Origin: Candidatus Thorarchaeota archaeon
GTDB taxonomy: Archaea; Asgardarchaeota; Thorarchaeia; Thorarchaeales; Thorarchaeaceae
Direction: 5' to 3'
Assembly (NCBI GenBank): GCA_020348985.1
Contig: CP070761.1
Location: 1,941,965-1,972,591 of the forward strand
DNA: 30,627 nt
Shown: positions 17,151-26,596 of the stretch, one piece after another
Layout: each line of letters opens with the position of its first letter
How positions within the stretch are numbered: position 1 is the first letter of the stretch
Notes under the pieces: model-generated
Databases searched by the model: none
What the model was told of the DNA's origin: nothing
Seen by the model: only the letters and a program-made list of their open reading frames with translations
Made by a program: the position numbers and the translations under genes

Positions 17151-18374
17151 ATGAGTGCTTTCGAAAGGTCAGTGCTGTCGGTCTATGTTGCATATGCCCT
17201 GCAGTCTTTTGGCACAGCAATTAGCTGGCAGTTCGTCACTCATTGGGTTAAGAATGACCTTGGTACTCCGGACTTCATCACGCTGACAGTGGTATGGGCC
17301 ACTCCTGCTTTCGTTACTATGGTCGCAGTCAACCTTTGGGGTGCAATCTCTGATCGTGTCGAGAAGCGAAAACCGTTCATGCTCGTTGGATTTCTGGCTT
17401 ATTCGGGCACCTTCGTCATGTATTCCCTTGTGACTACCAGCATGGAATTCCTCATTGCGGCCATCATTGGCTCTTTCTTCTATTCAGCTGCGCTACCCAT
17501 GGGGCAGGCACATCTAACTAGCCGCACAGAAAGGAAGGGCGAACGGCTCGGCCATTTCTTGGCCTGGCAATCTGCGGGCTGGTTTTGTGGAGCAGTGTTC
17601 AGTGGCTTCACTTACCAACCCCATCTGATGTCAACCCTCTATCAGATCGCCTCAGTCATCTGTGTCACAGCATTCGCATGCTGTGCAGCGTTCATCAAGG
17701 ATCTACCATTTGAGAAGAAGGAAGAGGAATCTCAATTGGGATTTTTGTCTCTCATAAGGCGTCCTGGGATTGGGCGGCTGAGCGCAGCAATGTTCTCGAG
17801 TCAGGTCGGGATTAATGCACTCGCATTCCTAATGGCAATCATGATTATTGACGAGCTGGGTGGAGCTCCTTACATGGTTGGAATATCAAACGGGGGGGCG
17901 ACAGCTATAGCGGTCGCGATTACAGGATATGTTGGCACACAGGTTGACCGCAGAGGCCCTACTAGGATTCTCATCTTTGCCTACGTGACCTATATCCTCT
18001 TTTCCATTGGGTTTGGTCTAGTTCGAGACCCTGTTCTTGCAGTCATCATGTGGTCCCTCCCGCTCTATCCCCTTGCCTACACCGCAGCCTACGCACTCGG
18101 AGCGGTTCTGTCAAATGAGGAAGAGCGGGGCCGTGCAATGTCTCTTCTCACCGGTGCGCAAAATGGTGGTGCCGCTGTTGGTCCGATAGTTGGTGGCTTG
18201 CTCGCAGAATTTGTCTTCAACCGACTTGCGCAGCCTATCTCATTTATCACCTTGGCCTTTAACTTCGTGGCCCTTTTGCTGGCATACTCTCTGCTGAGGT
18301 CAGGAATCGGCCTTGTTAAACAAGATTCCGAGGAGGACTCAGCTCCTACTCAAGCGGAACCTCTTTCCCATTGA
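17151..18374 (+). CDS. MFS transporter
   Basis: About 12 hydrophobic segments; motif A GAISDRVEKRK and GTQVDRRGP; ERGRAMS...GPIVGG. Confidence 0.9.
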   Translation: MSAFERSVLSVYVAYALQSFGTAISWQFVTHWVKNDLGTPDFITLTVVWATPAFVTMVAVNLWGAISDRVEKRKPFMLVGFLAYSGTFVMYSLVTTSMEFLIAAIIGSFFYSAALPMGQAHLTSRTERKGERLGHFLAWQSAGWFCGAVFSGFTYQPHLMSTLYQIASVICVTAFACCAAFIKDLPFEKKEEESQLGFLSLIRRPGIGRLSAAMFSSQVGINALAFLMAIMIIDELGGAPYMVGISNGGATAIAVAITGYVGTQVDRRGPTRILIFAYVTYILFSIGFGLVRDPVLAVIMWSLPLYPLAYTAAYALGAVLSNEEERGRAMSLLTGAQNGGAAVGPIVGGLLAEFVFNRLAQPISFITLAFNFVALLLAYSLLRSGIGLVKQDSEEDSAPTQAEPLSH

Positions 18375-19551
18375 TGAAGACTTTCTTCGGTTTTGAGTAG
18401 AACTCGAAAGGGTTTCCACTCCATATGACTATGTCTGCATCCTTTCCTTTCTCCAGAGATCCGACTCTGTCCTGTATTCTGAGGATTTCAGCCGCGTTCA
18501 AAGTGACACACTTGAGTGCCTCTTCAGGACTCAGACCCTCCTTTATCGCATACATCGGCAATAGCGGGAAGTAGTTCATTGGGGTGAGCGAGTCGGTCTG
18601 GAGGGCGACTTTCGCTCCTGCCTTCACCAAATCAACCACAGTTTTGAATCCCCTCTCCTTCGTCTCGGCCTTGCTAGACCACAGGAGAGTCGGACCAACA
18701 ACAGCTGGAATTCCCTTCTCAGCAATTTGGCCTGCTACTTTATGGCCTTCAGTGCAATGAATTAGTACAACTCCAATGTTGAATTCATCAGCTATCCGCA
18801 TGATGGTTGCAATGTCATCTGCCCTGTGGGCGTGGGCGTGTACTGGAATCTCGTTCTTGAGGACTCTGGCGATTGTTTCCATTCCGATGTCACGCTTAGG
18901 TGGGTTGGGCGGAGCCTCTCCCTTATCTTTGGCCTCTCTAGCTTTTGCATCAAAGGCTGCCCACTCATCAAGGTAGTTCTGTCCTTCTGTGAGTGTCTTC
19001 CGAAGCAAGGCCGCAACTCCCATTCTAGTTGATGGCGCCCGCTTGCTTTCCACGCCATGTACTCTCTTGGGATTCTCTCCAAGTGCAATCTTTAGTCCTG
19101 ATGGTGACAAGATGACCATATCATCAATTAGGTCTGCACCAGTTGGCTTGAATACTAGACACTCACCACCAATGACGTTGCCTGATCCGGGCCCCGTGTT
19201 GACTGATGTGACACCGCCTTGAACTATTTCTTTCAGTGAAGCTTCATGGGGGTTGAAACCGTCGATGCCACGCATCTCTGGCGTTGTAGGGTCAGTCATT
19301 TCGTTTCCGTCCAATCCCATGCGACCGATGGTGCCGTCAAACAAGCCGTGGTGGGCATGGGGGTCAATGAAACCCGGGACAACGAACATTCCCTTTGCAT
19401 CAATCACTTCGATGTCATCTGGGACCTTCACGTCCTTTCCGACGGCGTGAATTCGTTCTTCATCAAACACTACTACACCATTCTCAATGTGCCCATTCAC
19501 CGGGCAGAAGATAGTTCCATTCAATATGGCTTTCAGAATCTGTCGCCTCAT
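18346..19551 (-). CDS. Amidohydrolase-superfamily metalloenzyme
   Basis: PGFIDPHAHHG, LKIALGENPKR, HAHRADD, IHCTEG, QTD, GSLEKGKDADIVIW. Start placed at ATG 19551. Confidence 0.92.
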   Translation of the reverse strand: MRRQILKAILNGTIFCPVNGHIENGVVVFDEERIHAVGKDVKVPDDIEVIDAKGMFVVPGFIDPHAHHGLFDGTIGRMGLDGNEMTDPTTPEMRGIDGFNPHEASLKEIVQGGVTSVNTGPGSGNVIGGECLVFKPTGADLIDDMVILSPSGLKIALGENPKRVHGVESKRAPSTRMGVAALLRKTLTEGQNYLDEWAAFDAKAREAKDKGEAPPNPPKRDIGMETIARVLKNEIPVHAHAHRADDIATIMRIADEFNIGVVLIHCTEGHKVAGQIAEKGIPAVVGPTLLWSSKAETKERGFKTVVDLVKAGAKVALQTDSLTPMNYFPLLPMYAIKEGLSPEEALKCVTLNAAEILRIQDRVGSLEKGKDADIVIWSGNPFEFYSKPKKVFINGKEVPLE

Positions 19552-19768
19552 AGAGTCATCGAACAAGTCCCGGACAAAAGTGTTCTCATTCTCCAAATCC
19601 TTCTGCAAGAACTGATAACACTCCAGAACTGATTCTCTTCGACTTCTTTTCGGCGAAAGTAAGAGATGCTCTCTCAAGCATGGCTGAGGGACACGATGCT
19701 ATTTTTGACGAGCTATCTACAAGTTTCAGACCTTCATCTTGAAATAGCCGCGTCGCTATCCACTAGCT

Positions 19769-20614
19769 ATGGCTGACGGTTGCACTATTGGAGCCAGACG
19801 CGTTGGGCCGAGAACGTTCCTTTTCAAGAACAAGGATCTGGTCTACGAGGATTTCAAAGATCACGCAGTCTTTGGTGAGGATTACTTTGCTATCTCTGGG
19901 GTTAACATCCAAGACGGGGAGCAAGCTGGATTCTCGATTGGAGTAAACAGGGCAGGTTTAGCCGCGTGTAGTGCCACAGTTTTGATCAACAACGAAAAAC
20001 CGTATGATGTTCTTCTGGAAACGATTATCAGAGAAGCGGCAGACCTTGACTCTGCCTATGAGATTGTGCAGACTAGCCTAGAAGAAGGTCATCGATATCA
20101 GTGGTGCAATTTCGCAGTAGCAACGCCGCTTGAGTTAGGAGTCATCGAGATTGGAGATGGTGTCAGCGATATAGAAGTAGACCGAGACGGACTTGCCCGT
20201 GCAAATCATCATTTGAAGCTTCCAACCACTGACATTGTGAGCGCGGCATCTGACGAGGAACGGGAGGCTGGTGGGCCTCTGGGCACTAGCCAGAGACGAA
20301 GACAAGATACCTCCCGCATGCTCAGAACAGCTTCGACTTTGGCAGACATCATTAAGATTCTGAGTCATCACAGCGAAACCATGGGGTTTGATTCAATCTG
20401 TCGACACAGAGATGCCCCGAGTTTGAGTAGTCAATACCTAGGTGAAACCGCCTACAGCTATATCATCGAAATCACAAACCTCCCTCCAGCTGATCTAGAG
20501 ATCGTTTTCCATGTCTCACGCGGCAATCCGTGTACTGTTCCGTACAAGTCGATCCCAATCGAATTCAACGCACCTGAGGACGAGAAGAACAGAGTATTGC
20601 TTGAGTTCCCATGA
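19769..20614 (+). CDS. C45-like (isopenicillin-N acyltransferase/carcinine hydrolase-type) Cys Ntn-hydrolase
   Basis: N-terminal CT nucleophile (MADG-CTIG), FLFKNKD, GVNRAGL, RANH, ILSHH...ICRH. Confidence 0.75.
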   Translation: MADGCTIGARRVGPRTFLFKNKDLVYEDFKDHAVFGEDYFAISGVNIQDGEQAGFSIGVNRAGLAACSATVLINNEKPYDVLLETIIREAADLDSAYEIVQTSLEEGHRYQWCNFAVATPLELGVIEIGDGVSDIEVDRDGLARANHHLKLPTTDIVSAASDEEREAGGPLGTSQRRRQDTSRMLRTASTLADIIKILSHHSETMGFDSICRHRDAPSLSSQYLGETAYSYIIEITNLPPADLEIVFHVSRGNPCTVPYKSIPIEFNAPEDEKNRVLLEFP

Positions 20615-20674
20615 GCTGCCCGTTGCATATATCAGTCTCAATACCGAATCGTGAATGTTGAATAGCCGGATGGG

Positions 20675-21580
20675 ATGTCATCTATGGATTACATGAAGCT
20701 AAAGGAGCAGCTGAGCAGTGTTGCAGTAACCACAGCTACTCCATTCTCGAAGGATCTTTCTGAGGTCGATTCTGGCGGACTGAAACGAAATCTAGAATTC
20801 CTCTTGGAGAAGAAGATCTCAGTGATCGTACCATGCGGAAACACAGGTGAGTTCTACTCCCTGTCAAAGGATGAGTGGATTCAGGTTGTTGAAACTACTG
20901 TAAATGCAGCTGGTGAAGAGGCGACAGTTGTCGCAGGTATAGGACATTCGCTAAAGACTGCTATTGGCCAACTTCACAAAACAATGAATCTTGGAGCTCA
21001 TGCTGTGATGGTCATGTATCCGCAACATGTCTTTGTTTCAGAAGAAGGCGCGTTGGACTACTATCGAAGAATACTGGATGAAGCAAAAGATATCGGCGTG
21101 GTGCTCTATAAGAAAGGTCCCCATCTCTCAGATGACGTCCTATTGAAATTGACTGGAGATCCTCTTGTTGCAGTGAAGTATGCATTTGGCCGAATTGCTG
21201 ACTTTGCCAGAAGCGTGCAAAGGGTCGGTAAGAGATTCGTTTGGTCGTGTGGAACTGCTGAACGATTCACACCGTTCTTCTGGCTGGCAGGAGCGACAGC
21301 ATTCACATCTGGTCTCGGCAATTTTGCACCCAGCATTTCTCTTCGAATGCTCGATGCACTTCTTAGTTCTGATTATAAGGAAGCGATGAAGATTCAGCAG
21401 ATGATAACTCCACTTGAATATCTGAGGGAAGGTCGGGACAAAGCCAACAACGTGCCAGTTGTCAAGGTCGTCATGGATCATCTAGGACTTGTCGGTGGGG
21501 GGTGTCGTCCACCCATTCACTTGCTTTCTGACGAAGAGCGAACCGCTACCGTTGATTCTATTGCTGACTGGGGTCTCTAG
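20675..21580 (+). CDS. Dihydrodipicolinate synthase (DapA/NAL)-family class I aldolase/dehydratase
   Basis: TPF, CGNTGEF, catalytic Tyr (VLYK), Schiff-base Lys (AVKYA). Probably not a true DapA. Confidence 0.88.
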   Translation: MSSMDYMKLKEQLSSVAVTTATPFSKDLSEVDSGGLKRNLEFLLEKKISVIVPCGNTGEFYSLSKDEWIQVVETTVNAAGEEATVVAGIGHSLKTAIGQLHKTMNLGAHAVMVMYPQHVFVSEEGALDYYRRILDEAKDIGVVLYKKGPHLSDDVLLKLTGDPLVAVKYAFGRIADFARSVQRVGKRFVWSCGTAERFTPFFWLAGATAFTSGLGNFAPSISLRMLDALLSSDYKEAMKIQQMITPLEYLREGRDKANNVPVVKVVMDHLGLVGGGCRPPIHLLSDEERTATVDSIADWGL

Positions 21581-22583
21581 AAGTCTCCCACTCGTAGATA
21601 TGAGCCATCCATCCTGCTACTCTTGCGATGGCGAACAGGTCAGTGAAGAGCTCAGGCGGGAACCCGAATGTATGATAGACTATGCCATTATACAAATCCA
21701 CATTTGGATGGACTTCGGTATTCTTCATTTCCAGAATCAATCGAGGTCCAACCGAAGCCACCATCTCTGTCATATTGAACCACCATTCCATTCCTTTCTT
21801 TCTGGTGCGCAGTCTCAGAATGTCCCGAAGCACTATGGCCCTGGGATCTACGGTACGGTAAATCCTGTGACCAAGCCCAAAGATTCTCGCACCCTGGGCT
21901 AACAAGCCCTTTAGATAAACCTCAACAGCATTTTCTTCCCCGATTCTTGAGAACATCGCCCAAACTTCTGCTCCAGCCCCGTGATGGTGAGGTTTGATGT
22001 GCTCATTTAGCGCGGCCTCGATTAACAACGAAAACGAATTGCCGGCATTGAATGATTCTTCCAGAGCAGTCAACGATGGATTGTTCGGATCATCCATATG
22101 GAGAATCACACATTTCTCCAGTTGCTTTCCGCCGACTTTGTCGAGTTCCTCGCCATCAATCATCCACTTGAAGTTCGCTGCGAAATCCAATGCCTCACGG
22201 GATTGTATAACTTGCTCAGGGTATCTGAACTCAGCAGCAATGATGACTGGTGTCAGTGCAATGAACCGAATGAGACGATCCGAAAGGCAGGTAGTTCCCT
22301 TCTGCCTCTCTAGCCACTGAGCCAAAGATACGAGCCCTCTAGCGTCGTTCTTCTTTCCTTCCTCAAGTATACCAGTTATTTGCCTGGGTTCGATTGTTTG
22401 CAGTAGGCGAAATTTCTCTCTGATTTCTCTGCTCTCTGCAGGTTCAGGGAGTCGTCCGTGGAGAAGCAGGAATACTACATCCTCAAAGCAGCGCTCTGCC
22501 GCAAGTTTGGTGGCTGAGAAACCCCGGAAGTATAGTTCGCTTGCTTCCTGGTCGATTCTACTTATTGGATGTAACGCTGACAC
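21558..22583 (-). CDS. Citrate-synthase-fold protein, divergent
   Basis: LYFRG, FEDVVFLLLHGRLP, PHHHGAG, GLGHRIYRTVDPR, PNVDLY, FAIARVAGW; GTG start. Confidence 0.85.
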   Translation of the reverse strand: MSALHPISRIDQEASELYFRGFSATKLAAERCFEDVVFLLLHGRLPEPAESREIREKFRLLQTIEPRQITGILEEGKKNDARGLVSLAQWLERQKGTTCLSDRLIRFIALTPVIIAAEFRYPEQVIQSREALDFAANFKWMIDGEELDKVGGKQLEKCVILHMDDPNNPSLTALEESFNAGNSFSLLIEAALNEHIKPHHHGAGAEVWAMFSRIGEENAVEVYLKGLLAQGARIFGLGHRIYRTVDPRAIVLRDILRLRTRKKGMEWWFNMTEMVASVGPRLILEMKNTEVHPNVDLYNGIVYHTFGFPPELFTDLFAIARVAGWMAHIYEWETSRDPSQQ

Positions 22584-22622
22584 ATCTGTGAATGACTACT
22601 TCATTCTCAAATAGATATGGAT

Positions 22623-22642
22623 AGCCCAGATGGTCCTGGGCT
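22623..22642 (-). terminator. 7-bp hairpin downstream of gap
   Basis: AGCCCAG-ATGGTC-CTGGGCT, 18 nt beyond the gap stop. Confidence 0.35.
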
Positions 22643-22660
22643 TCCCTTCCCCGTACCGAA

Positions 22661-23665
22661 TCAAAGGCTCTTGGCTACAATTGCGGTTAAGTCGGCCAAT
22701 CTCTGAGAATAGCCGCCTTCATTGTCGTACCATCCTAGCACCTTAGCCATATTGCCGATTGTAAGGGTGGCAATCGAATCAAAGATACATGAATGGTCAT
22801 TGCCGATGAAGTCTGATGATACCAGCGGCTCGTCAATGTATTCAACATACTCTTTGAGGTCTCCCTCGGAAGCGGCCTTGAATGCAGCGTTAACTTCCTC
22901 GGATGTTACCGCCTTTGTCAGAGTAACGTTGAGATCAACTAGAGATACATCCATCACTGGAACTCGCACTGCCATTCCTGTGAGTTTGCCTGCGGCCGGT
23001 GGGTAGACCTGCGAGATTGCCTTTGCGGCTCCAGTCGTCGTTGGAATGATGTTCCAACAGCCTGCCCGTGCTCTACGAAGATCACTGTGCACAACATCAA
23101 GCATTCTCTGATCGTTTGTCACTGCATGGATAGTTGTCATTAGACCTGAGTTGATTCCAAAGGCCTCGTCTAGCACCTTGACCATAGGGGCAAGGCAGTT
23201 GGTCGTGCAGGACGCGTTTGAGATGATCTTGTGTCTCTCTGGGTCGTAGTGACGATCATTGACTCCTGGCACGATAGTCAGGATGTCTCCACCCTTTCCT
23301 GGGGCACTCAGAACTACCTTCTTGGCGCCTGCAGTGATATGCTTGCCTGCAGTCTCTTCTGTTCTGAACAATCCGGTACACTCTATGGCCAGATCGACAC
23401 CGAGCTCTTTCCACGGCAGCTTCTCAGGATCTCTCTCTCTGTATACCTTGATCTCCCTACCATTCACTTTGATGAAGCCATCACCATAATCGACTGTACC
23501 GTCGAACTTTCCGGAAACCGTATCATACTTCAGCAGATATGCATTCGTCTTCTCATCTGCAAGATCGTTGATTGCCACGATTTCGAAGTCCTTGTATCCA
23601 GAGGCAGCGCGCATGAACCCGCGGCCTATTCTCCCAAAACCATTGATACTAACTTTGACTGTCAT
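22661..23665 (-). CDS. gap: Type I (bacterial/eukaryotic-type) glyceraldehyde-3-phosphate dehydrogenase
   Basis: INGFGRIGR, AINDL, SNASCTTNCLAP, TTIHAVTNDQ, DLRRARA, TGAAKA, RVP, WYDNE. Confidence 0.96.
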   Translation of the reverse strand: MTVKVSINGFGRIGRGFMRAASGYKDFEIVAINDLADEKTNAYLLKYDTVSGKFDGTVDYGDGFIKVNGREIKVYRERDPEKLPWKELGVDLAIECTGLFRTEETAGKHITAGAKKVVLSAPGKGGDILTIVPGVNDRHYDPERHKIISNASCTTNCLAPMVKVLDEAFGINSGLMTTIHAVTNDQRMLDVVHSDLRRARAGCWNIIPTTTGAAKAISQVYPPAAGKLTGMAVRVPVMDVSLVDLNVTLTKAVTSEEVNAAFKAASEGDLKEYVEYIDEPLVSSDFIGNDHSCIFDSIATLTIGNMAKVLGWYDNEGGYSQRLADLTAIVAKSL

Positions 23666-23753
23666 GTCATAGCACCCAAATGGGTTGAATCCCGCGCATG
23701 CTCGGTTGTCAACTCGCTATAAGACCCTTTTCCTGAATTCATAGGAGCTGTAA

Positions 23754-25007
23754 TCAAGTGCTGGTGTCAAATTGCTCGACTTCAATGTCGGATTGAGTAA
23801 CCGCGGCACTTCTATACTTCTTCATGCCGAAGTAATATGCTGGAATGAGAAGAAGCTCGGCAATTCCAACGAAGATGAAGGGCGCGATAGGGCTCACAAT
23901 ATCCCAGAAGAGACCGCCAACAAGTGGTCCTGAGAACCGGGCGAAACCCATGGCTGCCTCAAATCGACCGAATCCTTCACTCGCCCTTCCCTCGTATGCC
24001 GTCCCCATCACCGAAGACATTACCATATAGGCTGCAGTTCCGGCCACACCCTCTATTGTGAATAGGACTGCCACAAACAAGAGGCCAATCTCACCGGTTC
24101 CAATCAAAGCTGGAATGAATGCGATCAAGAACGTACTCACTGACACAATCAGTGCCGCCCCAGCAACGACCGCTACTTGGTTGGACCTGTCAGCGTACTT
24201 GCCTATTGGACCGCCTAGAACTGCGGAGATAATTCCCGAAGGCAAGTATGCAAGCGCCACAAGATCCACAACTGTGGTGAAACTGTGGAGGATGAACAAC
24301 TCAACAAACGGCGACAGCAATGCAAGTGCGAAAGCTTCGATTGCAGCGGCCACTACTAGTGCGAAGATTCCTCTTCCAAGAGCCTTACCTATGGCTGCAG
24401 TCCTAGCAGAGACAGCAGGCACCTCAAGGGGTGGTCGTTTGGAAATCACAACGAAACCTCCGAGGACATTCATTGCAGCGTAGAACAGGAACACCACGTA
24501 GAAATCGAATTGTTGTATGATCACGAATCCGATGACTGCTCCAATGACAGAGCCCCTAGCGTTTGCAGCTGATCTGTGCCCGAAGGCTTCAGCACGATTA
24601 TCTTGCAGCACTCGTTCAGAGATCTCCGCATCGCTGCCAACTTGGTAGAACGCAGCACCTAGACCCCACACGAGACTGTTGGAAACTAGAAAGAGCATAG
24701 AATTCTGCAAGATGGCGAAAGACATGCCTACGTATGCGATCGCCCTGATAGACGCACCAAGGAAGATGGACCCTCTCCGGCGTCCTCGCTTTGCGACTGC
24801 CCCTGCGACCGGAGAGAAGACGGCAGCTCCGAGTGTGAGTAATGAGAAGATGAGTGCGACTTCAATTCCGCTTGCGCCCATTAAGTCATAGGCAACAATT
24901 GGAATGATGAAGCGGACGAAGAAGAAACCCAAGCTGCAGAAGAATGCAGAATCGTATACGGATTTTAGACTTGACCAGTCGCTCTTCCTTGTAATCAAAT
25001 CCGCCAT
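23754..25007 (-). CDS. MFS transporter
   Basis: About 12 hydrophobic segments; GAVAKRGRRR and GKYADRSN loops; GPLVGG. Confidence 0.88.
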   Translation of the reverse strand: MADLITRKSDWSSLKSVYDSAFFCSLGFFFVRFIIPIVAYDLMGASGIEVALIFSLLTLGAAVFSPVAGAVAKRGRRRGSIFLGASIRAIAYVGMSFAILQNSMLFLVSNSLVWGLGAAFYQVGSDAEISERVLQDNRAEAFGHRSAANARGSVIGAVIGFVIIQQFDFYVVFLFYAAMNVLGGFVVISKRPPLEVPAVSARTAAIGKALGRGIFALVVAAAIEAFALALLSPFVELFILHSFTTVVDLVALAYLPSGIISAVLGGPIGKYADRSNQVAVVAGAALIVSVSTFLIAFIPALIGTGEIGLLFVAVLFTIEGVAGTAAYMVMSSVMGTAYEGRASEGFGRFEAAMGFARFSGPLVGGLFWDIVSPIAPFIFVGIAELLLIPAYYFGMKKYRSAAVTQSDIEVEQFDTST

Positions 25008-25074
25008 GCCGTTTGAGTGATTCTTGGAACGACAGATAAGTATTGCATCCGACGCATTGGCGACAAATGGAAAC

Positions 25075-25082
25075 TTTATGAA
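25075..25082 (+). promoter_or_regulatory. Possible BRE/TATA element for the M20 peptidase
   Basis: GGAAAC-TTTATGAA, 34-41 nt upstream of ATG 25116. Confidence 0.35.
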
Positions 25083-25115
25083 TTGGAGTTCAGTTCACCT
25101 GCCTAGTGAAAGGCA

Positions 25116-26459
25116 ATGCTTGATGACCTGTTCTCATATATCGACAAATCTGTGGATGAATATCTTGAGGAATTGAAGAGGTTGTGCTCAATTCCCTCAG
25201 TGTCAGCAAAGGGCGACCATCTTGAGGAGGCAGCGCATGCAGTTGCTTCTATTATGGATTCTATCGGCATGAGAACAGAGCTTCATGAGACGACCGGTGC
25301 TCCTGTGCTTACATCATGGCTTGATGTTGACGCGAAGCACACCTTGCTCTTCTATAACCATTATGATGTCCAGCCCGCTGAGCCGTTTGACCTCTGGGAA
25401 ACCCCTCCCTTTGAACCGGACATCAGAAATGGCAGGATATTTGCACGCGGTGTGGCGGACAACAAGGGTGACATAGTATCAAGAATCTGGGCCATCAAAT
25501 CATTCTTGGAAAGCGACAAGGAGATTCCCGTCAACATCAAGTTTGTCGTTGAAGGTGAAGAAGAGGTTTCTAGTCCGCATCTGCATGAATTTGTCGAGAA
25601 GAACAAGGAATTCCTGAGGGCTGACGGCGGAATCTGGGAGTTCGGCGGTGCAGGCATTGATGGTATACAGGACGCTTGGCTAGGTCTCAAAGGTATTCTC
25701 TACGTTCAGCTCGAATTAGAGACATTGTCCCACGACGCTCATTCTGCATATGCATGTTATCTTCCTTCAGCACCATATCGGCTCATCTGGGCTCTCAACT
25801 CTCTAAAGGACAAAACTGGAAAGGTGCAGATTGATGGGTTCTACGAGCGTGTGAGGCCTCTCTCAGATAAGGAGAAACAGGCACTGTCTGAGATTGATCT
25901 TCGGGAAGAAGACCTACAGGAGTTCTACGGGATTACGAAGTTCCTTGACGACATGAAAGGTGATGAATTGAAGGAAGCCTACTATAACGCGCCTACCTGC
26001 AACATCTGCGGAATAGACAGTGGATACACGGGCGAGGGTTCGAAAACCGTTCTACCTGCAAAAGCCATGGCAAAGATAGACTTCAGGCTAGTTGAAGAAA
26101 TGGATCTCGGTGATATTCTGGGGAAGCTGAGGCATCATCTCGATTCGGAGGGTTTCAATGACGTCAAGATAGCGTGGCACAAGGGGTACCCCGCTGCTAA
26201 GACTCCGATAGACCATCCTTTCGTGGAGATCGTGAAGAAGTCTAACAAAGCCGTCTTCGGCCACGAGCTTCGCATTCAGCCGACTAGTCCAGGATCTGGT
26301 CCACTGTATCTCTTCAAAGATCTGGTTCCAATGGTATCAATTGGGTGCAGTGATTTTGATTCTCGGGCTCACTCTCCAAATGAAAGCATGCCAATAGACA
26401 ATTTCGTCTTAGGCACAAAGAGACTCGTCGTCATAATGGATGAAATGGGTCGCTGGTGA
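25116..26459 (+). CDS. M20-family metallopeptidase (dipeptidase-like; ArgE/DapE superfamily)
   Basis: YNHYDVQP, ARGVADNKG, EGEEE, HS, KTVLP, AHSPNE. Confidence 0.93.
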   Translation: MLDDLFSYIDKSVDEYLEELKRLCSIPSVSAKGDHLEEAAHAVASIMDSIGMRTELHETTGAPVLTSWLDVDAKHTLLFYNHYDVQPAEPFDLWETPPFEPDIRNGRIFARGVADNKGDIVSRIWAIKSFLESDKEIPVNIKFVVEGEEEVSSPHLHEFVEKNKEFLRADGGIWEFGGAGIDGIQDAWLGLKGILYVQLELETLSHDAHSAYACYLPSAPYRLIWALNSLKDKTGKVQIDGFYERVRPLSDKEKQALSEIDLREEDLQEFYGITKFLDDMKGDELKEAYYNAPTCNICGIDSGYTGEGSKTVLPAKAMAKIDFRLVEEMDLGDILGKLRHHLDSEGFNDVKIAWHKGYPAAKTPIDHPFVEIVKKSNKAVFGHELRIQPTSPGSGPLYLFKDLVPMVSIGCSDFDSRAHSPNESMPIDNFVLGTKRLVVIMDEMGRW

Positions 26460-26596
26460 AGTCATAGACTTTCCCTTGTCTGCCGTTCTCGTGAAGAATG
26501 CATCGCCGGACGTCACAAATCAGTTTATGTTATGTAATATTCATTCTTATGAATAACTATCATAGAGAGGTCGAGAATTTCGAGGTGCAAAATAAC

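Noticed and set aside
19552-19677. 42-aa N-terminal extension of the amidohydrolase (also ORF extensions at 2704, 6890, 6914, 12102 and 26498)
   Set aside because: These lie upstream of where family similarity begins and overlap probable promoter regions; likely artefacts of longest-ORF calling.
2770-26459. A ygeW-ygeY-hyuA-type purine degradation cluster (YgeW-like enzyme + M20 + amidohydrolase)
   Set aside because: The genes are far apart. The M20 looks dipeptidase-like, the amidohydrolase lacks hydantoinase features, and no carbamate kinase or xanthine dehydrogenase is present.
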